From: Octopus sinensis
Lineage: Eukaryota
Assembly (NCBI RefSeq): GCF_006345805.1
Contig: NC_042998.1
Location: forward strand, 184,202,001-184,266,000
Length of the DNA stretch: 64,000 nt
Reading direction: 5' to 3'
The position numbers were made by a program, and so were the translations under genes. Positions 1 to 14,203 of this stretch are shown here, piece after piece. Positions within the stretch are counted from its first letter, which is position 1; each line of letters starts with the position of its first letter. The notes beneath the pieces are model-generated. The model was not told the DNA's origin and did not search any database. It saw only the letters and a program-made list of their open reading frames with translations.

Positions 1-1169
1 CATAGGCTTAAGGGTGATGCTAGATGCATTGGAATCAAAAGGTTAATTCTAAATATGCACATTTTAAAGCAGATTTTTTATCTTTTTTTTATATCACAGA
101 AGCAAGTTGATCTTTGACAAACGATATACCAAAGGATTAATAGTATAATAATTTCATTGGAAGTTTTTCGGTGACTAATTGTCATTAGGTGCACACCAAT
201 TATGGCATGTGACAAGTGAGTTTTGTTTGATTGAAAATAAAAGTCAGAGGTTCAAAAATAAATACCATTATAATTCTGACTAAAAATGACACCAACAGTC
301 ATTCTGACATTTGCTTTCATGACACAGCAGGGAGCCAGCTTATCATCATCATCATTCAGTGTTTTAAATCCTGGTTTTGTCCCCATTAATGGCAGAGTGG
401 CTGGATCTGCCTCAATGCCATAGCAACCAAGGTAGGCAGGTGCAGCCCACCCCAACCTTTGGGCTGGCTGGTGCCCATTCTCCTTTGCTATCATGAGGCT
501 TTTTTGGAGCTGGATTTTCTATAGGGAGCATGCCCTTGCTTACTCCCAACCTCAGTTTCTAGACATGAGTGGTCCTGAGACCAAGGCCTCTACCACGATT
601 TTTAAGAACTGTGGTGGAAAACTAGCTCAGGAAGGCAGGGATGCTACTCTCTGAGACCCCTTTTGGAGCCCCCCTACCTATAATTCATTCAAACTATCAT
701 TCATTCCTGCTGAGAGGACTGTTTGGGCACGATCAAAGCTAGAGATTGTGGCTTAATTTAATTCATTATGGAAAGCTCACCCCGTCATGACACCAGTAGG
801 GTTGACAGATTAATAGTTCTCTTTTGAGATTTGGTGAGTGGCTGTTCTTAGTTGGTGAAGTGATTTGTTTGAGAATAACATTATATTAAGAAAAACTTTG
901 AGCAAACATTTTACTGTCAAAGTTAATTAAGGAAGATTTTCTCTACAACAAGAGACCTGTTCTTGTCTTTCTCTCATAATTTAACTTTTCATCACCTGGC
1001 ATAAGACCACTTCAATACTACAATCCTGCTCGAAGGGTCCTGTCTTGCTTGATGATCTACTTGTGCTGGGCATGTATAAAGCACCCAGTGCAAAACAGAC
1101 ATTGGACCCTAGTGCAATCCTCTGATTCATTGGCTCCTGTTCAAGCACACAACTCATGATGCATGGAAA

Positions 1170-1400
1170 ACGGACGTAAAGTGGTAAAGATGATGATGAC
1201 AATGATGGCAATGATGATGATGATAATGATGATAATGATGATATCGATGATGATGGTGATGATGACAACGACCATGACGATGGTAATGATGACAACAACA
1301 GAAATGATGAGGATGATGATGATGATGGTGGTGGTGATGATGGTGATGATAATGATGATGATGATGGTGACGACGATTACAATGATGATGATGATGAATA
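1170..1400. repeat. Imperfect (ATG)n microsatellite
   Basis: Source of the poly-Met/poly-Ile ORFs. Confidence 0.95.
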
Positions 1401-2105
1401 TCACAACTCCTCCTTTACATTTCATTATGCTTCGCATGCCTGTGTAAGAGATCATTAAAATAAGAATGAGATGAATTCTCCATAGATTGGACAGTGTCTG
1501 GTGTATAGATGTTGTGAAAGTAATTGGTAATGTGTACATTAAGCGCCACTTGCTTGATCACAGCTGATACAGTAACAACAACAACAACATCCTGATTGCT
1601 TTGTACCGTATTCTTGTAGCATCAGGTGTTACCAACAATAAATGTAAAGCGGATCGAAATGTTTGAAATACTAATCTTGTTTTCCTTTTTGTATAACTGA
1701 TGCCAAGAGGAGGTGCATTTCACAGCTTTAGGTGTCGGAGACACGTGTGTTGAGCTGAATTTATTTAGTGGAGGGGAAAGAAAAAAAATGCTTTATAAGC
1801 GAAGTTGTCATCTGGATATTTGTGCTGAGCACAACTAGAATGTCACTGTGAACAACCCCCCACCCTGCTGATAGCATCATCAACACCACCGCCGCCGCCA
1901 CCACCATCTCCTCCATCTCCCCCCACCACTGCCACTGCTGCTGCTACCTCACCCCCCACCATCTCCACTGCCACTGCTGCTGCTACCTCACCCCCCACCA
2001 TCTCCACTGCCACTGCTGCGAATAACAATTTCATCATTGGCATCGTTGTTGTCATTGTTGTTGCTGTCGCTATCATCATCATCATCATCATCATCGTCGT
2101 CGTCG

Positions 2106-2136
<31 letters not shown>

Positions 2137-3599
2137 TGTCAACATATTGACTCCATCATGTTGACACTCCCAACAGTTTGTTTTATATATATACCCAAGC
2201 TGCAGTTATTATCAGATGTTGTCATTAATATCACAGGGTTTGATATATGCAAATCAATATTTATTCTAATTAGAAGTTCTCTGGTATTTCATGTGTTGAT
2301 ATTCAATCATCTGATTTTCCAGTCGCCGGTTATTTCATAGCTTGTTATTAACTAGTCTAAGTCATCAATTAGTCACAGACATTGCTGATAGGAAGAGGCC
2401 TGGAGCTAAGAAAGAAAGAATATTTGATGGCAATCCAAATATCACCAAACATGTGATATTCTTCCCCAGAGATAGTTTCTTTTTCCTTGGCTTCTTGTTT
2501 ATTATCATGACCCTTTTAGTTATTGATAAATGGATGCTTCTGAAAGATACAGTCTTTCAACATGATATGACACCAGGGAGTTCGATGTTTTATGGTATTA
2601 GGTTGGAAACAACGATATGTTTTCGAAAAGGTTGTTAGATTGTTTTGAGTGAAAAGCAGCTATTTATATATTTGTATATAAAAGATCTTCCTATTCCCTC
2701 TGCTTGTTTCCTCAATGTATACTGTCACTTGTAAAAGGTTAATGTAAGCAAAAGGTAAAGAAAAAAAAAAAATAAATAAATAAATAAAACCCACTCCCTG
2801 TTTAGCATTATTTTTAAGAACACGCAGATACAGTTAAGTTGATAAGCAAAATTGTCTGAAATTACAGAGTATATACATCATGTCTCTTCATTTTCATACA
2901 TCTTTCATTTTATGTATTTTTTAATAGCCATTTAAAGAGTATCGACTTTCTAATTAAAGAAGCATAAAAGGTTTTTAGTCCATTATTAAATTTAATTATT
3001 ATTTTAAAAACATTTACATTTTAGTTATTGGAATTTTCCTTATTTATTTATATATTTATTTGTTTTCATATTCAAAATATTTTTTTCACCCAAATGTGGT
3101 GTAAGAGGCTAGTATTACCTGGCAGTAGGCACTACAATATGAATCTTGTTAACTCAGTGTCCTGAGTTCAAATTTCTACTGAGGCCAAATTTTCTTTCAT
3201 TGCTGGGGAGAATAAATAGTACAGTGATGCAGTGTGGCTGTGCAGGTAAGATGCACCTTGGACAAGTGTCTTCTACTATAGCCCCTGACTGACCAAAGCC
3301 TTGTGAATGGATTCGGTGCATGGAAACTTACAGAAGCTACATAAAGAAGCTGTTCACTTGATGTGGATGAAGCTTGAGGAAGTGGGGGGGGGGGTGCTCA
3401 GGAAAACAAGGAATGAATCAGTGAAGGCTGATCTTAGGGTTTCAAGCAGCATGGAAATGAGAAAGTACTTTGATGACAGGCAATGCATTGCTCAAGAAGA
3501 CCCACTCATCATAATAAAACTGAGATTCTGGAAGCATAATGTGTATACACAATACTAGTCCCCCCAACTAATTTGTCTCTGAAAAGCTCTCCCAACCCT

Positions 3600-4410
3600 C
3601 CAATTCTCTTTAACGCTCAACCCTCCATCAATCTCCAAACTACTGTCCTTTCTGTAATTAAATGAAAGCAGAACTACATATTTCATCATCCTCTTCAACA
3701 TTACTAATTATCTCTCCCTTACTCCAGAACCACTTTCTTTTGACACCCATCCCTCATTCTTAACATCATTCCTCTTCATTCATATTTTCTATTGATCGCG
3801 CTTTCTGTGCTACCAGTTACCTCTCCCTCTTCTCTGAACCACTTCTTATTAATTTACCACTATGTACCTTTGACTATCTCAATCCCTTTCACAACATGCT
3901 TCTCACTCACCTCACACACTCTTTCAAGCTTCACGGTTATATCATCTCTTAATCTCTTATCCTTCCCCTTTTGATTGCATTATTATTATTCTGATATTCT
4001 TCACATCTTCTGTACTGGCAGTCACTGCCTCCTCTCCCTTACCTTCCCTTCAACTCGTATTAACTTTCAATTACCCCTTCACTCTTGTTTGCCCTATGCT
4101 GTATTTACCCATACCCCTATTTCTAATAATCTTTCACTCCCTCCATGCTTGCAACCTCTACCACTCATCCTTTCTCATCTTCTGTCCTAACACCCTCTTC
4201 TATTCACCTTCTTATACCTTGAGGGCATACTTAAGCTTCTCATGACCACCATTTTTATCTTTTCCAGTTTGATTTCGTTGCATGTCACCCATCCTTATAA
4301 AATGTGAGATAACCTTTAGATACATAGCTACCACAATAGCGAGACACTTCTTCATATCCTTTCCATCATACTTTAATCTTGCAACATCTAGCATAAAGCT
4401 ACCTCCCTCT
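3600..4410 (-). mobile_element. Old LINE remnant
   Basis: Strong purine bias on the minus strand and weak RT C-terminal similarity (ARLKY..HFIRM). Confidence 0.35.
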
Positions 4411-4666
4411 CTACGATACTCCTATTCAGTTGAGAAAAATCATTTGCCTTGCATGTTACTTGGCAACCTCACTAGTGCTGGTGCCATGCAAAAAGCACCC
4501 AGTACATTCTGTAAAGTGGTTGGCATTTAGAAGGGCATCCAGTCATAGAAAACATAACAAGCAGACACTGGAGTATGATGCAGTCTTCCAGCTCATCAGA
4601 TTCCATCAATCTGTCCAACCCTTGCAAGCATGTGACATGGACATTAAATGATAATGATGAGGGTCA

Positions 4667-4702
<36 letters not shown>

Positions 4703-6944
4703 TGTGTGTGTGTGTGTGTACATCTATCCGTGCGAAATTTCAAAATCAGTCCATGAAGTAAAAATTCCTTGTAGTATTTGACAATGTGCTTTGATACCTA
4801 AGTTGACTCTACTTCCACCTCCGTACCAAGGTCAATAAAACAAACACTAAACAAAGTACGATGGTTGATATAAGTCAGCAGTTCTCAAACAGACAAACAC
4901 CAGCAACACCACTCCCACTACCCTGACAAAAAAATATGATATTGGCAAAATTTCTTGGCACCTCTCCTGGCACTTTTCCTAATGAGAAAACAAAGTAGAG
5001 TTTACATCTATAATTCTTCTTTGCTTCCTATGGTGTTGGACTGGCTTAAAACATTGGAATTCATTTTATTGTTTTTAAACATGACAATTCGTCTGCCCCT
5101 CTCCCCTTTCAGTTCTCTCAGCCCCACCACCTATGATAAACTTTGATATGAGCAAGAAAATGTCCTTGAAACCAGTATGGTTGTAGGTCAATTACTAAAC
5201 CCTGTGAAAGAATATGTGGTTATTTGTATCATCATCACTGTTTAACATCTGCTTTCCATGCTAGCATGGGTTGGACGATTTGACTGAGGTCTGGTGAACC
5301 AGCTGGCTGCACCAGACTCCAATTTGATCTGGCAGAGCTTCTACAGCTGGATGCCCTTCCTAATGCCAACCACTCCGAGAGTGTAGTATATAAGTGCATA
5401 TAAGTGTATTTTCTACTGTTGTAGTCACCAAATGAATTGTGATGTTATGTATTGATGAGTATAACTGTATTTTTGATTGTATTTTCCTTATTTGTGAATT
5501 GTGTAATAATATTACAGTGAAGATACATGTGTGCTGAAAAATTATAATCTGTAGTTCACTCAGCATATGATAAGAGAATTGTCAGTTTTATAAATAAAAA
5601 AAAAACATTAAAAAAAACCTAAATAAAAAGAATTGATTTTTGTGTTATTTTGCATCAAAATTGTTGATGCAAAAATATTATCTGGTGTCAGTAGCTTTTA
5701 AGAAATACCTGAGCAGATTCCCAAGCAGTTTAGTTAATCAAACAAACATGATACAAGTAGAGACACTTAATGCTGTGGTGGTTGAATAAGTTGGATTAGG
5801 GAAATGACATTAACGATACTATGTAAATCGTCGTTGTTGTTGTTGTCATTGTCTTCATTGTCATCGTCGTCATCGTTGTTGTCGTCATCATCATCATCAT
5901 CATCATTATCATCATTTAACATCTGTCTTCTGTGCTGGCGTGAGTTGTATAATTCTACAGGATCTAATATGCTAGATGACAGTATCAAGCGCCAGTCTTT
6001 ACTTTGATATGGTTTCTGCTGCTGGATAATCCCCCTAATGCTAATCCCTTTACGGAATGTACTGGGTGTGATTTTTTTTGTGGTGCCTATACCAATGAGG
6101 TTGCCAAGTAACTCATAAAATAGAAAAAGCCCCCTTGACTGAGTGGGAGTGTAGTTGAGTGGGAGGTTGCTTTATATCACCTTTCAGATATTAAAGTTCT
6201 ACAGGGAAACAGGACACTTGTGTCTGACTGTAGAAGAGATACATGGCAACTCTGCATATAAAATATATACACACAAACATAAACATATCTTCTGCTGTGT
6301 AAAAGTTTTTCACACACATGCACTCACACAGTCATACACATATAAGCATAGACACACACTTACAAAGTCACAGAAAACGTGTATACTCATACACATGTAT
6401 ACAGATACACACATCTATACTTACATCATCATCATCATTTAACGTCCGTTTTCCATGCTGTCATGGGTTGGACGGTTTGACAGGAGCTGACTAGCTCCCT
6501 GACAGGCTCCCTGTCTGTTTTAGTATGATTTCTACGCCTTGATGCCCTTTCTATCATCAACCACTTTACAGAATGTACTGGGTGCTTTTACTCAGTTCTG
6601 GTATTGGTGCTTTTTACGTGGCACCAGCATTTATGAGCCCATGAGATTAGGGATGCTCTGTTGAAGAGGATTGCAAGGGATGAGCCTGTATGAAGGGCAA
6701 TCATGCTTTTATTTAGCTTGATATGTCTTTCCAATCCCAACAAACTGCCAGGAGTTTCAGTCCCTTGTCGTCCCCTCTGCGATTTCCAATCTTTGTAGAT
6801 CCTTTCTCACCACTCCACCCCATGTCTTCACACTATGTATGATTTTTAAATATAGGAGGGTTTTTTTAAAGATCTACAAGGTTTGTCTTTGTGAAGTATT
6901 TGGGAAGGTGTGAAGTCTGCTAATAAGAGCCTTTGAATAATACA

Positions 6945-7112
6945 GATATGAGTGGTTGGCGTTGGGAAGGGCATCCAGCTGTAGAAACTCTGCCAGATCA
7001 GACTGGAGCCTGGTGCAGCCCCTGGCTTCCCAGACCCCGGTCGAACCGTCCAACCCGTGCTAGCTCGGAAAACGGACGTTAAACGATGATGATGATGATG
7101 ATGATGATGATG
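6945..7112 (+). mobile_element. SINE family A (…GGAAGGGCATCCAGC…(GAT)n tail), young 5'-truncated copy
   Basis: Near-identical to 31661-31810; CpGs retained. Confidence 0.85.
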
Positions 7113-9349
7113 GTTCATTTGAATTTAACTGAATCATCAGCTTTCTAGATGACCATCCATCATGACATCTTTATATTGTGAAGACATAATGTCTCATCCA
7201 TGATTTTACTTATAACATTTGGTCTCTGATTTAACTCCTTGAATACTAAACCACCTAAAAACCTATGTTGAAGTCATCATCATCATCATTATCGTTTTTA
7301 CATCCGATTTTTTACATCCGAGTCTTATTGACTTTCAAATGAAAAAAATAAGGGCAAAGGGGATTACACTAGGATCTGGGTTTTGGACCAAATGGGATTA
7401 AATTTATTGTGATAAAGTATTTAAATTAATTGTTCCACTGTCTCAATCATCTTCCCGTCTCAAAATACATAGATCTATTAAGTAGAATGTATTTGCTGGC
7501 AAACACATGCATATCCATACACACACACACACACACACACGCACACACACACAAGCACATGCACACATTAAGTATGCAGAACAGCAAACAGACAAAAATA
7601 AACTCCACGTACATACGGTCTGTCTACTTTCAAAAGACCTCTCTCTCTCTCTTTTCCTGTTTCTCTTTCTCTTTGTCTTTGTCTCTCTTTGTCATGGTCA
7701 TAGGATTAAAAAATAATTTGCTTTGAAATCAAAGATTTCTGCATTCTGTCCACTCTGCTGCATCATAGGCAAATTTCTTTTACAGTGTAGAAGATTGACT
7801 GCTAAGTCCTCCATTACAAACAGAGGAGAATCTTTAACAGTACACCTGACCTCATTGATGTTTCAAGCACTTAAGTACTGTACATTTCCCTCTGACTGGC
7901 TGAAATTGCACTGGGCGGGCTGCTCTGCTCTGTACCTTCTGCTATCCAACACAAACTAACCAATACTGTCCCGTAAATCTCACCTCTCCCTTCCCTTCTA
8001 CCTCACCCCCAACTACATCCCAACCTTTAACCAGTATTTACTTAATAATCTAGATAACTACATAACAAAACAATTTATGCTATTTTTATTAGCAATTTAT
8101 CATATGATTATATATATTATTCTAAAAGATTTGTTTCAAACAAATCTCATTAAAACAACAAAGATAATTATACATGCTAACTTTTATAATACAAATCAAG
8201 TAAATCATCATTATATTTATTAAAGCAATTATATTATTAATGAGTATAAAACAAACAGCAAGTATTTCCAAAATCAAAAATCAAATCAGACAAATGGAAA
8301 TTGTAGTTGTGGTTGATGCCAGTGCTGCCCTTACCGGCTCCTGTGCTGGTGGTACACAATAAGCACCATTCATACATGGGTCATTGCCAGTGCCACCTGA
8401 CTGGCTTCCCATGACAGTGGAAAGTGAATAGCACCATCCAAGCATGGTCGATGTCAGCCCCACACCTCTTCTGTTAGTCCAAACCACACCCAAACTCTCC
8501 ATCTACTTTGCATGTACAATAGCTTCCTATGCAACTCCCTTCAAACTTTCATTTGCATCCAGCAAAATCTGGAGGCCTTGTTTCAGTAATAGTTGCATCT
8601 CCAGTTGCATATCAGTAATGGTTTCATCTTTCATCATCATAACCAAGTGCACTTTGTCCATTTTGAATTGACCTCAAGTCAACTGAAGTTTGCAAATGAA
8701 ACTAGCTAAATGGAAACTGCAAGAAGCCTGTTTGGTGGATTGTACTGGTTTTTGATAATATACTTTATCCACTTAGTTTAACACCACCAACTGACCCTAA
8801 GGTGTTTATAGGGAGGCCCATTGTGTTACAAATACTTAAGATTGTCCCCTATCTGAGTGTAATTCAATAATCTGAAATACTACTTCCAACTACAGTAATC
8901 AGTGATTTATGTGTTTCTTAACTCCATCCATGCCTCAGTCTTGGAGGTTTTGTAAATGCCATGGATGAGAACCTTTCTCTTCTGCACTTTCTCCCTTCCT
9001 TTCTTTGTCTTTCACTTGTTAGCTTTCATTTCTTATCTTTGTCATTATGTCTCTTGTTATCCCTTGTTATCTCTCTCTCTCCCTCTCTGATAAACATACA
9101 CACATACATACAAATTCATATACACATAAAAGCATACTGACACATATACACACATATTCAAGCCCAAGAGCAAAGCAGACATAAAACTAATACACGAGTG
9201 TGTGCACAGTACACATACATAACAGATATACATGCATGCATGCCTGCATACACGTATACACATGCATACACACATTCACACAAACACTGTTGGGTCTTCC
9301 AACTATGTCCATTAGATGGATTTTATTTATGCCATAATGTTGTATATAA

Positions 9350-10100
9350 ATTCTGAGTAATACTTCCATGTTCCCACCGGGCTGGATTCACTATTGGCAG
9401 CACTGATGATTTCAAGCACTTCTCTTGAACTCACCCTGAATTCATTCTCAAATGGAACCTCTAAACTCTCTACCTCCCAAGCTACATATATACACCACCT
9501 CAAGTCCCAGAATATTCTGGTTTGTAAAGCACTAACCACTATGTTTGTAAGTTAAGCTGCAGAGAATCACTCACCATTCTTTGCTATTATAATATCTTGT
9601 TACTCAATAGGCTTGATGTAATCTTCTTGTGTAAACACAAATTTTACTCCACATTTGCCCATTATGTAATGTCTTTATGATTTCCTCTAAGCTCTTTACT
9701 TAGCTAGGCTAGCAGCATTTTCTTTCTCACTTCTCCTTGGACCATTTGCTCCCTATCTCAACATACTTTCCTTCTCACCCCTTTCCTTCATTGCTTATCT
9801 CTTCCAGTCTTTCTGTTTGGTTAGTTGCCATCCCTAAGTGATTTTTTTGTCACTTAGTTAGATTCCCTTGACCATCAGTAACATTTCTTTTCACCAAATT
9901 GACTTCAACTTTACCCTCTCTCCTCTTCTCCCTGTTTCTTTTATTCTTCCTCCATTCATTCCACCCCTTTTCTACCTCTATTCTTCCTTCTAAGTTGTAG
10001 ATATCTGTCTCCTTCTTCGTACTCTTTTGTTCTCGGCCTACTTCCTCTCTCTGTTTTCAAACATTTAGATCTCTGGCACTACCATATGAACCGTATTTGC
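9350..10100 (-). mobile_element. Old LINE remnant
   Basis: Purine-rich minus strand with coding-like composition; no intact motif. Confidence 0.3.
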
Positions 10101-10335
10101 CAATCTTTTCTGAATGAGAGAAGATGAATTTATTGTAATATTTCCATGACTTTTACTAGTAGCATACCCAATACTTTTTGCATATTCCATCTGCAAATTA
10201 TGACTATTACAATTATTATGTAACTCATAGATTCCTGAAACATCTATTGAGTTATGACATTATACATTTCCTTTATAGTATTCTGTATTTTTTTGTGCTC
10301 TATGTAAATATATGTCTATATATTTATATATATAT

Positions 10336-10383
<48 letters not shown>

Positions 10384-11044
10384 TTTCAGAATAGATGTAG
10401 ATATATGTGTCCATGTGTATGTGTGATTGTGTGTGTGTGTGTGTATACACACATACATATATGTATATGTTTATGTGTGACATGCTTGACTGTGTTTATC
10501 TGCATTACTACCTCCAAACACATGCATACATACACACATAGTACAAACGTATGTATAAAATTTGTCAAAACACAAACCCTCACCACTCATTGCCTTTACA
10601 GATGCAACATGCTAGCACACACATACACACACACAATACTTGTATAAACACATATGCGCACACACCCAAAAAAATAATCTTAATAAGGATTGCTTTGCAC
10701 ACAAACTCATACACATATAAATGCACACATGCATATAAGCACATACCCACATGCATCCAAACATGTATACAAACATAAAAAAAGGTAAATCTATACGCAT
10801 ATTCATAAACACATACCCACATACATACCAACTTGAAGAGTTAAAAACTGCATACATACACACATGAATACACATACACACACATACATTTAAATATTAA
10901 AGAAGTAAAAGTTCTCATTACCATTCAATCTCTATCATCAAACCACATTAATCTGGTTTCTCCCATCAATAAATTAAAGTTAACCAAAATCTGAAGAAAT
11001 CTTCCACATGGAAAGTGTTTCAAAAGAGTGAAGAAGATTGCAAT

Positions 11045-11700
11045 TGGTTTCTATTCAGGTTAAAATACACACATGCAAATGTGCATGCACATTCATGCAC
11101 ACACATGCATGCACATACACATATACACACATGCACACACTCATATGCAAATGCACACACATACATATACATGCACACACACATACACACACATATGCAT
11201 GCACATATACATATGCACACATGCACACACACATATATACACATGCATCCACACACACATGCACACACATACATGTACGTGCACACACATACATGTACGT
11301 GCACACACACATACACACACATGCATATTCATGAACTCATATACGTGTACCTCTACATGTGTGCACATGCACACACATATATAAACATGCAAGCACACAC
11401 ATTTACATGCATGCATGCACACACATGCACTCACACATGTGCACCCCACACATTCACATACACGTGCACATGTGTGCATCCCCCACATGCACACATATAT
11501 ACACACATACATGCTCATACATGCACTCATACACGTGCACTCCACACATGCACACATGTGTATGCATGTGCACACATGCACATGAATGCACACACGTGTG
11601 CACACACACAGACACTCACATGCACTCATACATATGTACCCCAATCATGCACACACATGCATTCATACATGTGCATCTCCCATGCATGCACACACACACT
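11045..11700. repeat. Degenerate (CA/TG/TA) low-complexity tract
   Basis: Source of the 234-aa HT-rich ORF and of its antisense ORFs. Confidence 0.95.
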
Positions 11701-12595
11701 TACTATACAGGTGAAATAGGAAGAATTTAACTAATTTTTTTCTAAACCAGTTAGTAATTATTTTTGTCTCCCTCTTTTCTCTTTCACTTCTTTTTATTTT
11801 ATTTTGAATGACTTTTTGCTGCTGCTGCTGCTGCTGTTGTTGTTGTTGTTGTTGTTGTTGTTGCTTTATTAAAAGCCCTTCATTGATAATTAGAAAGGAT
11901 CTTTTTCTGTTTTTATATGTTTCCTTCCTTCCTCTTGGCTTTTCTTTCTTCTTTCTCTTCCTCTTTGACTTTATACTTTTCTCTCTTTTTACTTTATTCT
12001 TTTGTCTCTTTCTGTCTTTCTTTCTTTCTATCATTCATTCATTCTTTCTTTGGTTGCCATTCCTTTCATTTCCCTTGGCTCTAATAGAATGACCCAATAC
12101 CTGTAATACATACTGTGTACTCAATACAAGCAATGTATGCATAAACATGTTGAGAGAGAGACAGACCTTTAATAGCTTAACAGAGATATACAACTTCAGA
12201 CGTGGTCAGGTGTCCAGCAACTGCTCAGATGACTCACCAAATTATTTCAAATACTTGTCATGAAGGTTTGGTTGGAAGAGAGAAAGAAGTCAGTTTAAAT
12301 TCCAAGGGTGAAGCTTTGTTTTACAGAAACAGCCCTTCATAGAAAGCCTATTATCATCATCATCGTCATCATACAAATACAATCTTCTCTTCACTGTGAT
12401 TCCTCTACACCTCTTGTCTATCTGTAGTTGATATCTGATAAACCATGTGTCTAGAAAATAAAAATGGGATCATCACAGTCTAGAGCCGTTCAATCAGCAT
12501 TGCCTTGGGTTAAACAGCAATAAAATAACAACTGTTTGCTATTCTCTGTAAACAATCTTCTTCATTCTAAAATAATTTTTCTTTATCTATTTTAG

Positions 12596-12930
12596 ATACA
12601 CATCCTTCTTCATCCCGGGATCGCTACTCAGCCCATTCACACTGCAGTTTAGCAAGTCCTGAAGATTCAGGTACAGATGAAGGCATTGAAGAAATTCCCA
12701 GTACCTCTTATGCAGTAGAGAACAATTCAGTGGCCACATCTGCAATCACAAACTCTATGGCTACAATAGTAGATAGTAACTCTATTACTACTGTTGTGGA
12801 AAACAATTCTGGGGCTGTCCGTAAAAGTAGTAGTCGCTTAGATCCAAAGTATGAGGAGAAAAAACGGAAATACAAATATCGGACAAAGGTTCTTAAATAC
12901 ATACTTTTTGCATTGAATTTGTTTTCGTGG
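12596..12930 (+). CDS. Tetraspanin exon 1 (visible): Ser/Thr/Asn-rich cytoplasmic N-terminus and start of TM1
   Basis: Acceptor ..tttctttatctattttag|ATAC at 12595/12596. The frame is open across the whole exon (..HPSSSRDRYSAHSHCSLASPEDSGTDEGIEEIPSTSYAVENNSVATSAITNSMATIV...KVLKYILFALNLFSW). First in-frame ATG is at 12757. Donor TGG|gtaagt at 12930/12931. The 3' end is firm, the 5' end less so. Confidence 0.85.
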
Positions 12931-12981
12931 GTAAGTAGAACTGTATTATTCCTCTGTTTTAGTTTCTCTTGTCATGTTTAA

Positions 12982-13481
12982 CCCTTTCATTACTGTATTT
13001 ATTTTGAGATGCTCTGTGTTTCTTTCAATTATTAATGTGGCCGTTGCCAGCGCCGCCCCGACTGGCATCCATGCCGGTGGCACGTAAAAAGCACCATCCG
13101 ACCGTGGCCGTTTGCCAGCCCCATCTGGCACCTGTGCCGGTGGCACGTTAAAAGCACCCACTACACTCACGGAGTGGTTGGTGTTAGGAAGGGCATCCAG
13201 CCGTAGAAACATTGCCAGATCAGACTGGGCCTGGTGCAGCCTTCTGGCTTCCCAGACCCCAGTTGAGCCATCCAACCCATGCTAGCATGGAAAGCGGACG
13301 CTAAACGACGATGATGATGATAACAAAGAATTTAGTAAAATAACTAAGTTATCATTCAGCAAGTGTTAGGAACATAAATTGTGACTAAAGTTTGGTGGAA
13401 GATTTTAATTCAAAACTTTTGAAAACAGGACATTTGTACTCAGAACCAGAGCCGGTTTCAGCCGGGTTGGTAACGAAAGGG
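12982..13481. mobile_element. piggyBac-like MITE with a nested SINE
   Basis: TTAA|CCCTTTCATTAC ... GTAACGAAAGGG|TTAA; SINE-A inserted at ~13036-13321. Confidence 0.75.
13036..13321 (+). mobile_element. SINE family A
   Basis: Internal gcacgtaaaaagcacc modules, conserved core and (GAT)n tail. Confidence 0.85.
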
Positions 13482-13551
13482 TTAAAGCAGTGAATTGGCA
13501 GTCATTAGTTTTGGGCTGAGCAAAGCCTTTTGAGTGGATTTGGTAGACAAT

Positions 13552-13604
<53 letters not shown>

Positions 13605-13617
13605 CACACACATATAT

Positions 13618-13805
13618 TAATTAGATAAAGATAATCATAGCCAATCTATGGGGTTACCCAGGGTTTCGCATCTATAAAGTGCTTTACAGTGTCTTGTCAG
13701 ACCCTAAACTTTAGGGTCTGATGAGACGCTGAAAAGTCAAGTGCTTTATGGGCATGAAACCCTGGGTAACCCCATTGACTTGCCATAATTGTCTTTATCT
13801 AATTA
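13618..13805. mobile_element. Palindromic foldback MITE (~190 bp)
   Basis: Ends taattagataaaga / tctttatctaatta; centre tcagaccctaaa-c-tttagggtctga. Confidence 0.75.
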
Positions 13806-13859
13806 CTCTACAGCTCCATAATTTAGAGTGTGCTTCTCTTTCGGATTTATGACTTACTG

Positions 13860-13930
<71 letters not shown>

Positions 13931-14153
13931 TGTGCTTCTTATTCGGATATATTATCTATTGACAATATCATCATTGTTTAACGTCTGTCGTTACGTTCCG
14001 AGTTCAAATTCTGCTGAGGTCGACTTTGCCTTTCATCCTTTCGGGGTCGGTAAATTAAGTACCAGTTACGCACTGGGGTCGATGTAATTGACTTAATCCC
14101 TTTGTCTGTCCTTGTTTGTCCCCTCTGTGTTTAGCCCCTTGTGGGTAGTAAAG

Positions 14154-14203
<50 letters not shown>

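Noticed and set aside
1141-2145. Poly-Met/Ile/Ser ORFs of 94-132 aa
   Set aside because: They are translations of (ATG)n/(CAT)n and related trinucleotide microsatellites.
11015-11730. 234-aa His/Thr-rich ORF and Cys/Val-rich antisense ORFs
   Set aside because: The region is degenerate (CA)n low-complexity sequence that is open in most frames; it is not a metal-binding protein.
11663-12092. Poly-Gln / poly-Cys ORFs
   Set aside because: They come from a (CTG)(TTG) microsatellite plus a pyrimidine tract; there is no splice or domain support.
1-12400. Search for an upstream coding exon or promoter of the tetraspanin
   Set aside because: I could not identify a phase-1 exon or CpG/TATA promoter with adequate support by eye; it may lie outside the window.
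12946-13275. Recurrent ORF with LDALPN..VVGAF (also at 35459, 41715, 46376, 61081)
   Set aside because: These are translations of SINE family A, not a gene family.
13715-13740. CTGATGA..GAAA in the small foldback element
   Set aside because: There is no stem II, stem I or NUH arrangement; it is a chance match within a palindrome.
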